Assembly (NCBI RefSeq): GCF_030028105.1
Contig: NC_092374.1
Span: forward strand, 7,277,334-7,341,333
Reading direction: 5' to 3'
Length of the DNA: 64,000 bases
DNA from: Mobula birostris
Lineage: Eukaryota
A model generated the notes under the pieces. The model was not told the origin of the DNA and did no database searches. It saw only the letters and a list, made by a program, of their open reading frames with translations. A program made the position numbers and the translations under genes. Numbering within the stretch: position 1 is the stretch's first letter; every line of letters begins with the position of its first letter. Below, piece by piece: positions 1 to 12,800 of the stretch.

Positions 1-20
1 TCAGCCGAAGATTCATGGAA

Positions 21-990
21 ATATAACCATATATAACCGTATAACCATATAACAATTACAGCACGGAAACAGGCCATCTCGGCCCTTCTAGTCTATGCCG
101 AACTCTTACCCTATCCTAGTCCCACCGACCTGCACTCAGCCCATAACCCTCCATTCCTTTCCTGTCCATATAGCTGTCCAATTTAACTTTAAATGACAAC
201 ATAGAACCTGCCTCAACCACTTCTGCTGGAAACTCGTTCCACATAGCCACCACTCTCTGAGTAAAGAAGTTCCCCCTCATGTTACCCCTGAACTTTTGCC
301 CTTTAACTCTCAACCTATGTCCTCTTGTTTGAATCTTCCCCACTCTCAATAAAAAAAGTCTAACCGCGTCAACTCTATCAATCCCCCCTCATAATTTTAA
401 ACACCTCTATCAAGTCCCCCCTCAATCTTCTACGCTCCAAAGAATAAAGACCTAACTTGTTAAATCTTTCTCTGTAACTTAGGAAATGAAACCCAGGCAA
501 CATTTTAGTAAATCTCCTCCGTACTCTCTCAATTTTATTGACATCTTTCCTATAACTCGGTGACCAAAATTTACACAATACTCCAGATTTAGCCTTACCA
601 ATGCCTTATACAAATTCAACATTACATCCCAACTCCTATACTCAATGCTCTGATTAATCAAGGCCAGCAAACCAAAAGCTTTCTTCACCACCCTATCCAC
701 ATGAGATTCCATCTTCAGAGAACTATTCACCGTTATTCCTAGATCCCTCTGTTCTAAAGCATTCTTTAATGCCCTACCATTTACCATGTATGTCCTATTT
801 TGATTAGTTCTACCAAAATGTAGCACCTCACATTTTTCAGCATTAAACTCCACCTGCCATCTGGCAGCCCACTCTTCTAACTGTCCTAAATTTCTCTGCA
901 AGTTTTGAAAACCTACCACATCATCCACGGCTCCACCAATCTTAGTATCATCTGCATACTTACTAATCCAATTTACCACCCCATCATCAA
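21..990 (-). mobile_element. CR1 LINE 3' fragment inserted into an R2-like element
   Basis: Degenerate RT C-terminus ([26 protein letters not shown]) and (ataaccat)n tail at 21-55. ATGG on both sides; removal rejoins R2 codons I-H-G-S-N-R. Confidence 0.88.
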
Positions 991-2090
991 TGGGTCTAAT
1001 AGGCAAAACAAAGACCTGGCAGTAGTGTTCGTGGATTTAGCGAGGGCCTTTGACTCAGTGGGCCACAAGCTGATCCAGAAGGCACTAAGAAGAGTGGGGG
1101 CACCACAGTGATTCAGAAAGCTAGTCGAAGACCTGTACACCAACACAACAACAGTGGTGGAGGTCGGCGAGGAACGGACTGACAAAATCGCTGTGAGAAA
1201 AGGGGTCAAACGAGGAGACCCCATGTTGCCAGTCCCCTTTAACATTGCCATGGACCCGCTGATAAGCACATTGGAAAGAGACGGGAGAGGAGTGGAAGTG
1301 GGAGCAGGTGACAGGTGCACGACACTGGCATTTGCAGATGATATAGCACTCCTAAGCGGCTCCTATGAAGGGATGGTGGAAAACCTTGAGATCCTGAACA
1401 GGTTCTGCAGGGCAACCAGACTTGAGGTGAATGTGAGAAAGACAAAAGGTTTTTACTGTGAATGCAAAAGGAAGACCTACTTGTACAACGCGAAGGAGGA
1501 ATGGAGCCTGGAGGGGAAGAACATGCAGTTTGTCCCACCAGGAGATATTGAAAAGTACCTCGGGGCAAAGATAGACCTGTGGTGAGGTGTGAGAGATGAC
1601 AAATGGAACGACTGATTGGATAAGTGGTTCCACAGTCTGAAGGCAGCAAAGCTCAAGCCACTACAGAAGATTGAGCTCAGGAGGACGCCCTTACTGAAGC
1701 GTCGCAGTACTCTCTGAGAGATCTGGACAGCCGGATTAGGACAACCGCGAAAGAGATCCTCCACCTACCCCAGGATACAGCGGATGGAATACCGTATGCC
1801 CGGAATAAGGACGGAGGGGTAGGCCTACCGAAGCTCGAGGTACTGATTCCGACAGCCGTGATCAGGAAGAGGCTGGCGTTGGAGCTCTCGGAGGACAGGG
1901 TTATCAAAGCATCGTTCACCATGGCCAATGAAGACAACCGGGCTGAGGTCAGGAGTCTGGCTAGTCTCCGGCTGCTGAAGGATGTCATGGGGGAAGCAGG
2001 CGTTCGACATCCAAGCATACATGGTGGACAGACGGAGAGCTCCTGGTGGAGGTTACGACGTCTTTGGGGAGATGATGGAAGAGGAAGTGA
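991..2090 (+). mobile_element. R2-clade (RLE) non-LTR retrotransposon RT/thumb fragment, degenerate
   Basis: VFVDLARAFDSVGH, GVKRGDPM, LAFADDIALL, KYLGAKIDLW, KLKPLQKIEL, HLPQDTADG..DGGVGLPKL; contains stops and frameshifts. Confidence 0.8.
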
Positions 2091-2094
2091 GAGG

Positions 2095-2233
2095 GCCACC
2101 TCCAATCTTTCAGCCAACTTGTTATGCTTCTTAATCTGGCTCCTTTTCACCTCCATGCATCTCCGGGAGGTGTGGGCCAGGGTCTCATTGGCCACACCAC
2201 ATCTCCTACAGGTTTTCACTCGTTCTTTGTCCC
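2095..2233 (-). mobile_element. Inverted R2-type CCHC zinc-knuckle fragment
   Basis: CRRCGVANETLAHTSRRC..IKKHNKL = C-x2-C-x8-H-x4-C followed by the HN motif typical of RLE-clade ORFs. Confidence 0.75.
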
Positions 2234-2714
2234 CTTTATTAGTTAAGAAGTTAAAATAGTTAAAAAGATATTAAAAAACAGCAAACTGAGTAAGAAATTA
2301 TGCATTTAAATGAAATATAGAACAAATTAGAACACCATCAATAGTACTACAATACCATAAAACTGTGTGTTAGTTCCTAATAGTTATTGACCGAGGAATT
2401 CATCCAGTGTAAGCTGCTGTGTCCTTCTGATTGACTGTAATTAAAATTATCTTGTTCAGTGGCACGATGGCATTAGTGACCAATCTGACACGTTGTAGAC
2501 ACCCCTCTCTCTTGATGAAGATGAAAACCTGTCAGTCCTCGAGACGGGGTGGAGGGAGGTGCTGCTTGGAGAAGCGATGTGGAAGATTGTAGAATCAGAA
2601 TGGTGAGCTGTTAGTCTCCACTCCTATTGTTGCAGGAGCAATCTCTCTCTCCCTCGCAAGGAGAGAGAGCCTGTCTGAGACACCAATGTGCTGGGTTATG
2701 GACTGCAGATTTGA

Positions 2715-3065
2715 TAAGATTAGATTAGATTAGATTCAACTTTATTGTCATTGTGCTGAGTACAGATACAAAGCCAATGAAATGCAGTTAGGATCTGACC
2801 AGAAATGCACAGAATAGTGTGATTTACAAAATAGCTGCGAATAAAAAAGTGCTACAGCACACAAATATAAAGGTCCTGAGACAGTACAATATGGGTACAA
2901 TACTGCTTAGCGCTGTGATGAGAGGTTCAGCAGTGTCACAGCCTCAGGGAAGAAGCTCTTCCTGTGCCTGCTGGTGCGGGAGTGGAGGCTCCTGTAGCAC
3001 CTACCGGATGGGAGGAGAGTAAAAAGTCCATGGTTAGGGTGAGATGCATCCTTGATAATGCTTGA
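2715..3065 (-). mobile_element. Rex1/L2-like LINE 3' fragment
   Basis: (attag)n tail and reverse-strand LLPSGRCYRSL-type coding remnant. Confidence 0.6.
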
Positions 3066-3845
3066 CAATGACGGACTCTGGATCGAGGTCTCTTTGAGGG
3101 GCTTCTGCTGTTGCTTGCATGGTGGGGGTGGGAGGTCGGTACTTCTCCTGGCACAAGTTGGGGGGGGGGGAGGCCAATGGTTTTGCTGCTGCTTGTGTGG
3201 GGAGAGTGAGGAGGGGGGCAGATTCAGGGCTTCAATGTTTCTCTCATTTATTCCACAGGATTTCCTGTTTCATGGATGTCTGTGAAGAATAAGATTTTCA
3301 GGTTGTATATTGTATACATTCTGATATTAAATTAACCTTTAAACACTTCGATATCCTTCTAGACAAACTTCTGAACAGCCATCGATTGCGGCCTGCAATT
3401 TTCCCTTGAGGATGTGCCTTTGAAACAACTAAATGATCTGGTGCTTTTGTGATTTCCTGGGATGTCTAGCGAAGATGAGAGTGGAGAACGCCAGCACTGG
3501 AGTTGGCAGCTTCGAGGCCTGATGGTGGAAGACAAACCCTGATCAGTTCCATTACTCAGTGCCAAGATTAAAATTGTCCAGTGACAGGCTCCTGTCACAA
3601 TTCAGTAGCAGACTGTCCCAGTTAAACGAAGGGAATCCCGGCTATTTTCTCAATTAGTTTTTGTTTTTTAAGAGTCGTCCCAATAAGCAGCTAGCCCGAT
3701 TAACCAATGTCTCAGTTAACCAGAACACATTGTATTGCAGAAGCATAGACATGTCAGGAGGAGTCAGTAGTGAGTGCTGTCTCTCCTGGACCGAGGATGG
3801 AAATGGTGCAGCCTCCTCCCCGGGTTCAGTCCTCCTTGCCGATTA

Positions 3846-3877
3846 CTATTTCTTCACCGCCGCTGCGTAGATCACCT
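3846..3877 (-). CDS. Terminal coding exon, [10 protein letters not shown]
   Basis: Acceptor gatttttgtgtttcag, phase-1 entry, ITIM-like VIY motif, ends TAG immediately followed by TAA. Confidence 0.72.
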
Positions 3878-6800
3878 CTGAAACACAAAAATCAGACATT
3901 AGTGCAGACAGCGAGGGGAGCTTACCCCGACACCAGACCCAGGAGCATCCAGGGAGACAGGACGATGACACCATCAGGACGAGGGTCACTGTGACAAAGT
4001 CCAAGCCCAGGTGAATTTATTATCAAAGAATGTTTCTGTCACCACGCACTTCCTTAACTCATATCCCAGATTCTCACTTTCCTGCGTGCATTTACAGAGA
4101 AAAAATAAATACTATGGAATTTATTAACAATTCAACATAGAGACAATCAAACATCCGATATCCAGAGGAAGACAAAGGGTGCAAATAAAAAATAAATGAT
4201 ATTGAGAACATGAGTTCAGAGTGTTTGAAAGTGAGGTGGTTCCAGTGAGAACGTGGGGAACAGCGATGACACCCCCATGATATCTCACATATTCCTCCAA
4301 GTGAACAGACCAGGAGTGTTTGGTGTTTCCTAGAGTGGAGAGTCTCGGACCAGAGTGCCAGGGATGTCTCTTTAGATCAGAGATGAGGAGGAGTTTCTTT
4401 AGCCGGAGGATGGTGAATCTGTGGAACTCATTGCCACAGACGGCTGTGGAGACCATGACATCAAGTATGTTTAACGCAGAGATTGGTAAGTCCGTGATTG
4501 CTAAGGTGGTTAAGGGTTACGGGAGAAGGCAGGAGAATAGGGTTCAGGAAAGTAAAAAGTAAATCAGACATGACTGGCAGGTGGAGCAGACTTGATGGGC
4601 TGAATGGCCTAATTCTGCTTCTACGTGTACGGGGTCTTTCTTTTTGTTAAATTTAAAATGGTTTCTCTTGTTATGTTATACTGAGGAATGCTAGAAAGTC
4701 TCTAACTAGACAACTGCTTGGGTTATTAGAGATAGCAGGGTGCTATTAACCAATGGGTGGTCATGTGTCATTTTGTTTTCGGATACAGTGCTGTCTCATA
4801 TGACTGGGGACGGGGTTTTGGTGGGGAGTTGGAGGAGAGACGGGGAGGACGGTGGACGTGGGGGGGGTTTTGCCAGGGAGTCGGAGCAGAGACGGGGAGT
4901 CGGTCGAGGGACGGGGAGTCGGAGCAGAGACGAGGAGTCGGAGATGAGACGGGGAGGACGGTGGAGAGACGGGGAGTCGGAGGAGAGACGGGGAGTCTGA
5001 GGAGAGACGGGGAGGACGGTGGAGAGACGGGGAGTCGGAGGAGAGACGGGGAGGACGGTGGAGAGACGGGGAGTCGGAGGAGAGACGGGGAGGACGGTGG
5101 AGAGACGGGGAGTCGGAGGAGAGACGGGGAGGATGGTGGACGGGCTTTTGGCGGGGAGTCGGATGAGAGACGGGGAGTCGGCGGAGAGACGGGGAGTCGG
5201 AGGAGAGACGGGGAGGACGGTGGACATGCGGGGGTTTTTGCCGGGGAGCCGGAGCAGAGACGGGGAGTTGGTGGGGGGAAGGGGAGTCGGAGCAGAGACG
5301 AGGAGGACGGTGGAGAGACGGAGAGTCTGAGGAGAGACGGGGAGGATGGTGGAGAGATGGGGAGGACGGAGGAGAGACCGGGAGGACGGAGGAGAGACCG
5401 GGAGTCGGAGGAGAGACGGGGAGGACGGTGGAGAGACGGGGAGTCGGAGGGGAGACGGGGAGTTGGAGGGGAGATGGGGAGTCGGGGTGGAGACTGGGAA
5501 GTCGGAGGAGAGACGGGGAGTCAGAGGAGAGACGGGGAGGACGGTGGAGAGACGGGGAGGACGGTGGAGAGACAGGGAGTCGGAGGAGAGACGGGGAGTC
5601 GGAGGAGAGACGGGGAGGATGGTGGAGAGACGGGGAGTCGGAGGAGAGACGGGGAGTCGGAGGAGAGACGGGGAGGACGGTGGAGAGACAGGGAGTCGGA
5701 GGAGAGACGGGGAGTCGGAGGAGAGACTGGGAGGATGGCGGACGTGCGGAGAGACTCCGGTCGATCACTCTGGGTGATCCTGAGCCGTGAGTCGACAGGA
5801 TCTGGGTGGTCGTCAGGAATTGATTGAGCTCCAACGGTAGCGCGCGAAGAACTTGGAGTTTGGTAAGTCTTGGCGTCTTTTTTTTTCATTACTTTCCTCT
5901 CTGTATCAAATTTATATTAATGTCATAGAATTAGTAGTACCTATAAAGTTTATTTGTTAAAATTTACTGGGTGTGCTGGCTGATGATTGATGTTTGTGAT
6001 TGATTCGGGCGGCGACCGACACTGTGGGGAGTGTTGAGGCAGGTGCTGGGCGGGATTTCCCCTAGACATATACGAGCCAATATAACGGAACGTTACATAC
6101 ATCTTACAGAAAATCATGAGCAATGTAGGCATGGGAGATAGGCAGTCTTTCTCTCTGAAAGTGTCAAATACTCAAGGAGAAAGATTGACGATGAGTGAGA
6201 GAGGACAGCTGTACCAGTGATGGAACAGGCTGAATTGTCCCTTCAAACTATGGACTCACTTTCAGGAATTCTTCATCTCATGTCTTTGATATTGCTTATG
6301 TATTATTATTATTTTATTGTTTTCCTTTTGTATTTGCATTATATTGCTTTTGGTCTTTGGTTGTTTGTCCATCCCGCCTGGTGAGGTCTTTCAAAGATTC
6401 TATTGTGTTTCTTTGTATTTACTGTGAATGCCCTGAAGAAAATGAATCTCAGGGTTGTATGTGGTCACAGATGTACTTTGATAATGAATTTACTCTGAAC
6501 TTAAGTTCCAACACTCTCTGTAGCCTCTTGCATTCCTGTGCACAGGAAAATGTCCGACTGTTGGCCCAAGCGTTTCTGTGACCACCACCCTCTGTCCCCC
6601 AGGTTGGTGACTCGCTGGATCGTAGACATGAGGACCAGTGACCCACCCCTCACCTCTCCAGTAAACATCTGGTTTGGAGGTTGCTGCGATTCCAGAGTAA
6701 GAAGCCTGGGGCTCAGGGTGTCTCAAGGCAGAGGATGATAGATTTTTGATTGGTCAGGGTGTGAAGGGATACAGAGGAGTGGGGGTGGTGGAAGGCAGGA

Positions 6801-9800
6801 GATTGAGGCTGAGAGTAAAAATTGGACCAGCCATGCAGAAGTGGGGGAGAAGACTCGAAGTGGCAAAGTGGCCTAATTTTGCTCCCATATCGTGTAGTCT
6901 CTGTGAGTACTGGAGCTGATATGGAAGACTAAAGACTGAAGGTTGAAGGAAGGCTGAAGATTGAAGGTTGAAGACTGAAGATTGAAGACTGAAGATTGAA
7001 GACTAAAGATTGAAGACTAAAGATTGAAGACTGAAGATTGAAGACTGAAGATTGAAGACTGAAGGTTGAAGCCTGAAGATTGAAGACTGAGGGTTGAAGA
7101 CAGAGGGTTGAAGACTGAAGGTTGAAGACTGAAGGTTGAAGGTTGAAGACTGAAGATTGAAGATTGAAGACTGGAGTTTGAAGACTGAAGTTGGCCAGCC
7201 CAGATGTTGAGGCCCAGGGTTCGCATGTCTAGAATCCAAGACCTGATGTCTGTGAGTCCACTGGCAGCTGAAGGCTGGGAGGTGGCCTGTCCCGGGTTGG
7301 AAGCCTGACGGTGTGGGGGGGGGGGGCGGGTGGGGTGGTGAGAGGGAGGAAAGGGGTTGTTTGCTGGGCTTGTTTTTTCTCATGGTTGTTGTTCTGTTGT
7401 TGTTTGTGTTGTTCTACTGAACATTGTGGGCGTGCGATGTTGGTGCCGGAATGTGTGGTGACACTTGTGGGCTGCCCCCGGCACATCCTCGTGTTGTGTT
7501 GGCTGTTGACGCAAATGACGCATCTCACTGTATGTTTCGATGTATGTGTGATAGATACATGGATCTGAATCGGAGATTGTCCAGGCCTCTCTGATGAACA
7601 GGAAGCTCAAAGGGCCTGTGCAGTCAGCTCACCATTCCCTATTCCTGTCTCGTACGTCACCGTCTCCCAGCTAGTGTCCACACCTGTGCAACAAGAGCAT
7701 ACAAGGTATGCTTGCCTCCCTTTCTTCCCCCTCCCCTTTTGACCCTCTCCCCTACCTCCTCCTCATTCCTCCTCCCTCCATTTTCCCCATCCCCCTCCGT
7801 TCCCCACTCTGTCCCTCCCTTAACTATCCTCTTCCCACCTATCCCTCTCCCTCTCTCCTTCTCTTCACCCCACTCTCACCCTCTCTCTCCCTCCCTCACC
7901 CCCTTCCTCTCTCTCTCTCTCTTCCCCCTTTCTCTGTCCCTCTCCCACTCCCCTTCTGCCTTTCACTCACCCCTTCTCTCTCTCCTTCTCCCCTCCTCCT
8001 CATTCTCTTTTATCCCCTTTCCCCTCCCTCATCCTCTCTCCTCTTTCCCCCTCTCCCTCTCTTTCATTCTCTCCCTCCTCTTCCACCATCTCCCCCTCCT
8101 CTCCCACTCTTCACTGCTTCTCCAGTCCTTCCCTCCAGTCACAGTGAGGTGGACCGCAGGACCCAGCAGCAGCCAGACACACACTCTGTCAGGGGAAGGG
8201 ACGGGAGAATGGAGCATTTGAAGGAGATCATTTTCAAGAATACCTTGAAGGAAAGCCTTACCTACAGGTCCAGCTTCCTGCTTCTGCCCACCTGGAATTG
8301 AAGAAGAATTTTCTGTTAGTCAGCAGGATGACCTCGAAGTGATCCAAGAAATGGAAAAGGGTAAATGGAGACTGTACCTCGATCTTTAGCTTGCGGTTTG
8401 CTTGCCTTCTCACCTCCAAACAAAATACTGGCATAAGTGCAGGAATCTGGCTGCTCTGTAAGGAGAGAGATTCGTTTGAATCCACAGCAAATCAAAGTCA
8501 GGAGATGGAATGTTATGTTGAAGCTGAATGAGACATTGGTGAGGCCCAATTTGGAGTATAGTGTGAAGATTTGGTCACCCAACTACAGAAAAGACATGAA
8601 TAAGATTGAAAGAGAAAATTTACAAGCATGTTGCCAGAACTTGGTGATCTGAGTTATGGGGAACGGTTCAATGGATTCGGGCTTTATTCCCAGGAGTGCA
8701 TTCTGGGCTGAAGGGCCTGTAATGTGCTGTAGATTTTCTTTGTTTTCATGAGACTAGAACTAGAGGTCAGAGGTTAAGTGTAAAGGTGAAATGTGAAAAG
8801 AAAACATAAGACCATAAAACACAGGAGCAGAATTAGGCCATTCAGCCCATCGAGTCTGCTCTGCCATTTCATCATGGCTGATTAATTTTTCCTCTCAACC
8901 CCATTCTCCTGCCTTCTCCCCATAATCTTTGACATCCTGACTAATTAAGACCCTATCAACATCTGCTTTAAGTATACCCAATGACTTGGCTTCCACATCC
9001 GTCTGTGGCAATGAATTCCCCAGATTCACCACCCTCCTCATCTCTGTTCTATAGCGACATCCCTCGATTCTGAGTCTCTGCTCTTAGACACCCCCACTAT
9101 AGAAAACATGCTCTCCAATTTTGCTCTGTCTAGTTTTTCAATATTCGATGGTCAGCAGGCAGTCTGAGAAATGGTAAACGGTAAATGGAGACTGTACCTC
9201 CATCTTCAGCTTGAGGTTTGCTTGCCTTCCCACCTTCTGTTGAAATACTGGCATAAGTGCAGGAATCTGGCTGCTCTGTAAGGAGGAGAGCGATTAATCC
9301 GAATCGACTGTAAACGTCTGAAAGCAAGAAATGTTACAACACCTAGCGGCTCACGTTTATACACATTTACACACCTGCCTTTGTAAATGTCCTGAATAGT
9401 GGGAAGTTCACATCTACAGATGCGCTGGGCTGTCCGCACCACTCTCTGCAGAGTCCTGCGATTGAGGGAAGTACAGTTCCCACACCAGGCAGTGATGCAG
9501 CCAGTCAGGATGCTCACAATTGTGCCCCTGTAGGAAGTTCTTAGGATTTGGGGGTCCATACCAAACTTCTGGATACAATAGGGTATTTTAAGAGACTCTT
9601 AGATAGGTACAAGGATCATAGAAAAACTGAGGGCTATGGGTAACCCGAGGTAATTTCTAAAGTACATGTACAGCACAGCATTGTGGGCTGAAGGGTCTGT
9701 ATTGTGCTGTGGGTTTTCTATGTTTCTAAGTTTCTTCAACTGTCTGAGGTGAAAGAGGAGCTGTTGTGCCTTTTCACCACACAGCCGGTCTCTACAGACC

Positions 9801-12800
9801 ATGTGAGATCCTCAGTGATGTTTATGCCGAGGAACTTAATCAACCCCAGATCCATTGATGTCAATAGGGGTCAGCCTGTCTCCATTCCTCCTGTAATCCA
9901 CAACCAGCTCCTTTGTTTTTGCGACGTTGAGAGAGAGGTTGTTTTCTTGACACCACTGTGTCAGGGTGATGACTTCCTCTCAGTAGGCTGCCACGTTATT
10001 ATTTGAGATAATCAGTATAGTGTCGTCAGCAAATTTAATTACAGATTGGAGCTGTGGGTGGTGACACAGACATGGTTATACAGAGAGTAAGGGAGGGGAC
10101 TTAGTACACACCCCTGAGGGGCGCCTGTGTCCTCCAGCATTTTGTGTGTTTTGCTCTGGATTTCCAGCATCTGCAGAATCTCCTGTGTCAACCAAAACTC
10201 CCCACCCTCCTTCCATATTGTGGCCAAACGTTCCCCCCACCCCGGCCCTTCCACCACCCACTAATGTAGAACCATCTCAGCAGGCAGCGATCGCTCCCGA
10301 TCTCCTGAAGGACAGACTGTGCCCCACACCATGGTGACCTCGTGCTGGGTTCAGTGGGAAACACACTGCCCATGTCAGAGGATCATTCCACTCTGGAGTG
10401 GAACAGAGAGGCTCAGCTGAAACGGTTCAGAACTCGACAGGATGGCACCTCAGCACAATCGCTTTTGGTCCACCAAGTCCGAACACAAGTTAGATAAACA
10501 CAAAATGAAAGGGAATGACTTCACTCACCCCATCACCGAACCGTTCCCACAAACTACCGACTCTCTTTCAAGGACTCTTCATCTTGTGTTCTCAATACTT
10601 ACTGCTTATTTATTCACTATGATTATTTCTTTCTTTTTGTATTTGTACAGCCTGTTGTCTTTACACCCTGGTTGTCCACCTTGTTGGTGTGGTCTTTCAT
10701 TGATTCTATTATTGTCATTCGATTTATTGAGTATGCCCGCAGGAAAATGGATCTTAAGGTTGTATATGGTGACAAATATGTACTTTGATAATAAAATTAT
10801 TTTGAACTTTGAAATGTAAACAGGTCTCAGAAGTTCAAAGGAATGGGATTGTTGATATTTCGCATTGAGACCCTGTAAAACATCGATAATTTATTTCTCC
10901 CCCACAGATGCAGTTCAACCCGCTGAATTTCTCTACCAGATTGAGTATCACTCAGTTCCCAACACTCCTGGTGCTACAAATGAGGTCAAAACTCTCATCC
11001 AATAAGGTGCTGGCGTTTACCTTTGTTGTTGCTGCTCGGGACGATGTTGTCGTACAACGGGCTGCTGTCGTGCACTGTAACACAGATCAGAGAATGAAGC
11101 TCAAGTTTAATTGTCAGTCAACCATACACATGTATACAGCCTAACGAAACAGCGTTCCTCAGGGCCAAGGTGTAAAATACAGTCATCAACAGTCACACAC
11201 TGCACATAGCAAACACACGGCATGTATACTGCTGTTACAATAGCAAAGAAAACCATACAGTCACAAAATAATATCAGCACACGTCCCTCAGTGTCATAGC
11301 CTGAAGATTGGTGTTGCAAGGGATGTTGTCCTGGAGCCATGTTTCTCTAAAGAATAAGCATGTAGCAGTTCCTCATCTCACACTAGTGCACCAGTGCAGC
11401 TGCAGACCAATGCAATCCCACTTGTCTTCATCGAGTGAATACTAGAGGGCAGCACTGATAGCATACAGCAGGAGATTCAGCCTATCAAATCCATACTAGC
11501 TCTCAGGAGGGCAATCCTATCAGCCCATTGATCTTTCTCTTATCCCATGGTCCTGGACGTTATCTCCTGCCAATCCAATACTTCTCCGAATGCCTTTGCT
11601 ACTACAGATTTAGGGTTGAAACAATCCTAACCCTTCCCCTTGTAACTGCTGGCCAGCATTTTCACACCATGCATCTTGGTTCAGAAGGGAACAGGTTCTC
11701 CCTGTGGATTTATGGGTGAGAAACTGAAGTACACACAGTAGACCATACTCTCTGCTCTGCCAGTCTACCATGGCTGATTTATTCTCCCTCTCAACCCCAT
11801 TCCCCTGCCTTCTCCCTGTAATCTCTGCACCTTCACCAATGCTCGCACACGCTTCCTTAGATACAGGCTCCAAAACTGCTGACAATACTCCAAGTGTGGC
11901 TCGGCCAATGCCTTGTGCCTTGCAGAGGTGGAAATGCCATGGGGTATCAGGAGGTGGGCTGCTCCCTCCCAGAGACCCAGCCTCTGGCTTGCTTGCTGCT
12001 TACATAACTAGTCCAGATGAGTGCCTGGTCAGTGGTAACCTCCTCCCAAGACCCAGAGTGGCAACACGACTGACATATGTCCTGTAGACCTCTGTGGGGA
12101 GCCGTAGAGCGCTGGGCTTCTCAGTTTCTTGTGCACCTGTACTTGCTGATTGTTGCCTTAATGAGAGTCCTTCATTGAATTGACTTTATTACATGAGGAG
12201 TAAAAATCTTTACGTTACGTCTGCATCAAAACGTGCAATGTGCAATTTATAGTAATTTATAATAAATAGTATGTACAACAGGACAGTCAATATAACATAG
12301 AAATACAGTTGTATCAGTGTGAATTAATCCATCTGATGGTCTGGTGGAAGAAGCTGTTCCGGAGCCTGTTGGTTCTGGCTTTTATACTGCAGTACTGTTT
12401 CCTGGATGGTATCAGCCGGAACAGTTTGTGATTGGGGTGACTCGGGTCCCCAAGGATCCCTTGGGCCATTTTTACACACTTGTCTTTGTAAATGTCCTGA
12501 ATAGTGGGAAGTTCACATCTGCAGATGCACTGGGCTGCCCGCACCACTCTCTGCAGAGTCCTGTGACTGAGGGAAGTACAGTTCCCATACCAGGCAGTGA
12601 TGCAGCCAGTCAGGATGCTCTCAATTGTGCCCCTGTAGAAAGTTCTTAGAATGTGGGGGGCCATAACAAACTTCTTCAACTGTCTGAGGTGAAAGATGAT
12701 CTGCTGTGCCTTTTCACCACACAGCTGATATGTACAGACCACAAGAGATCCTCGGTGACGTTTATGCCAAAGAACTTAAAGCTGTTCACCTTCTCAACCC

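Noticed and set aside
4757-5889. Long 350-aa ORFs on both strands
   Set aside because: Translations of a stop-poor minisatellite; low complexity, no domain.
6654-6705. AG..GT-bounded 52-nt segment encoding [17 protein letters not shown] (YxxI)
   Set aside because: Needs phase-0 entry whereas the neighbouring exons exit in phase 1; weak polypyrimidine tract.
8110-8217. Strong acceptor (cccttcccctgacag) and leader-like VCVWLLLGP on minus
   Set aside because: Phase-1 entry stops after 15 codons, there is no suitable donor, and no downstream V exon exists for a leader to join.
7708-8301. Pro/Leu/Ser-rich ORFs
   Set aside because: Translation of a polypyrimidine tract.
8316-9327. ORFs 8316-8582 and 9130-9327 read as two alternative terminal exons ending ..GHPAD* and ..RILKN*
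   Set aside because: Homology between the copies breaks down just past a shared GAG|gtacag donor, and downstream phase-1 exons (7633-7683, 3846-3877) continue the frame, so internal 78-nt exons fit better. Intron read-through isoforms are not excluded.
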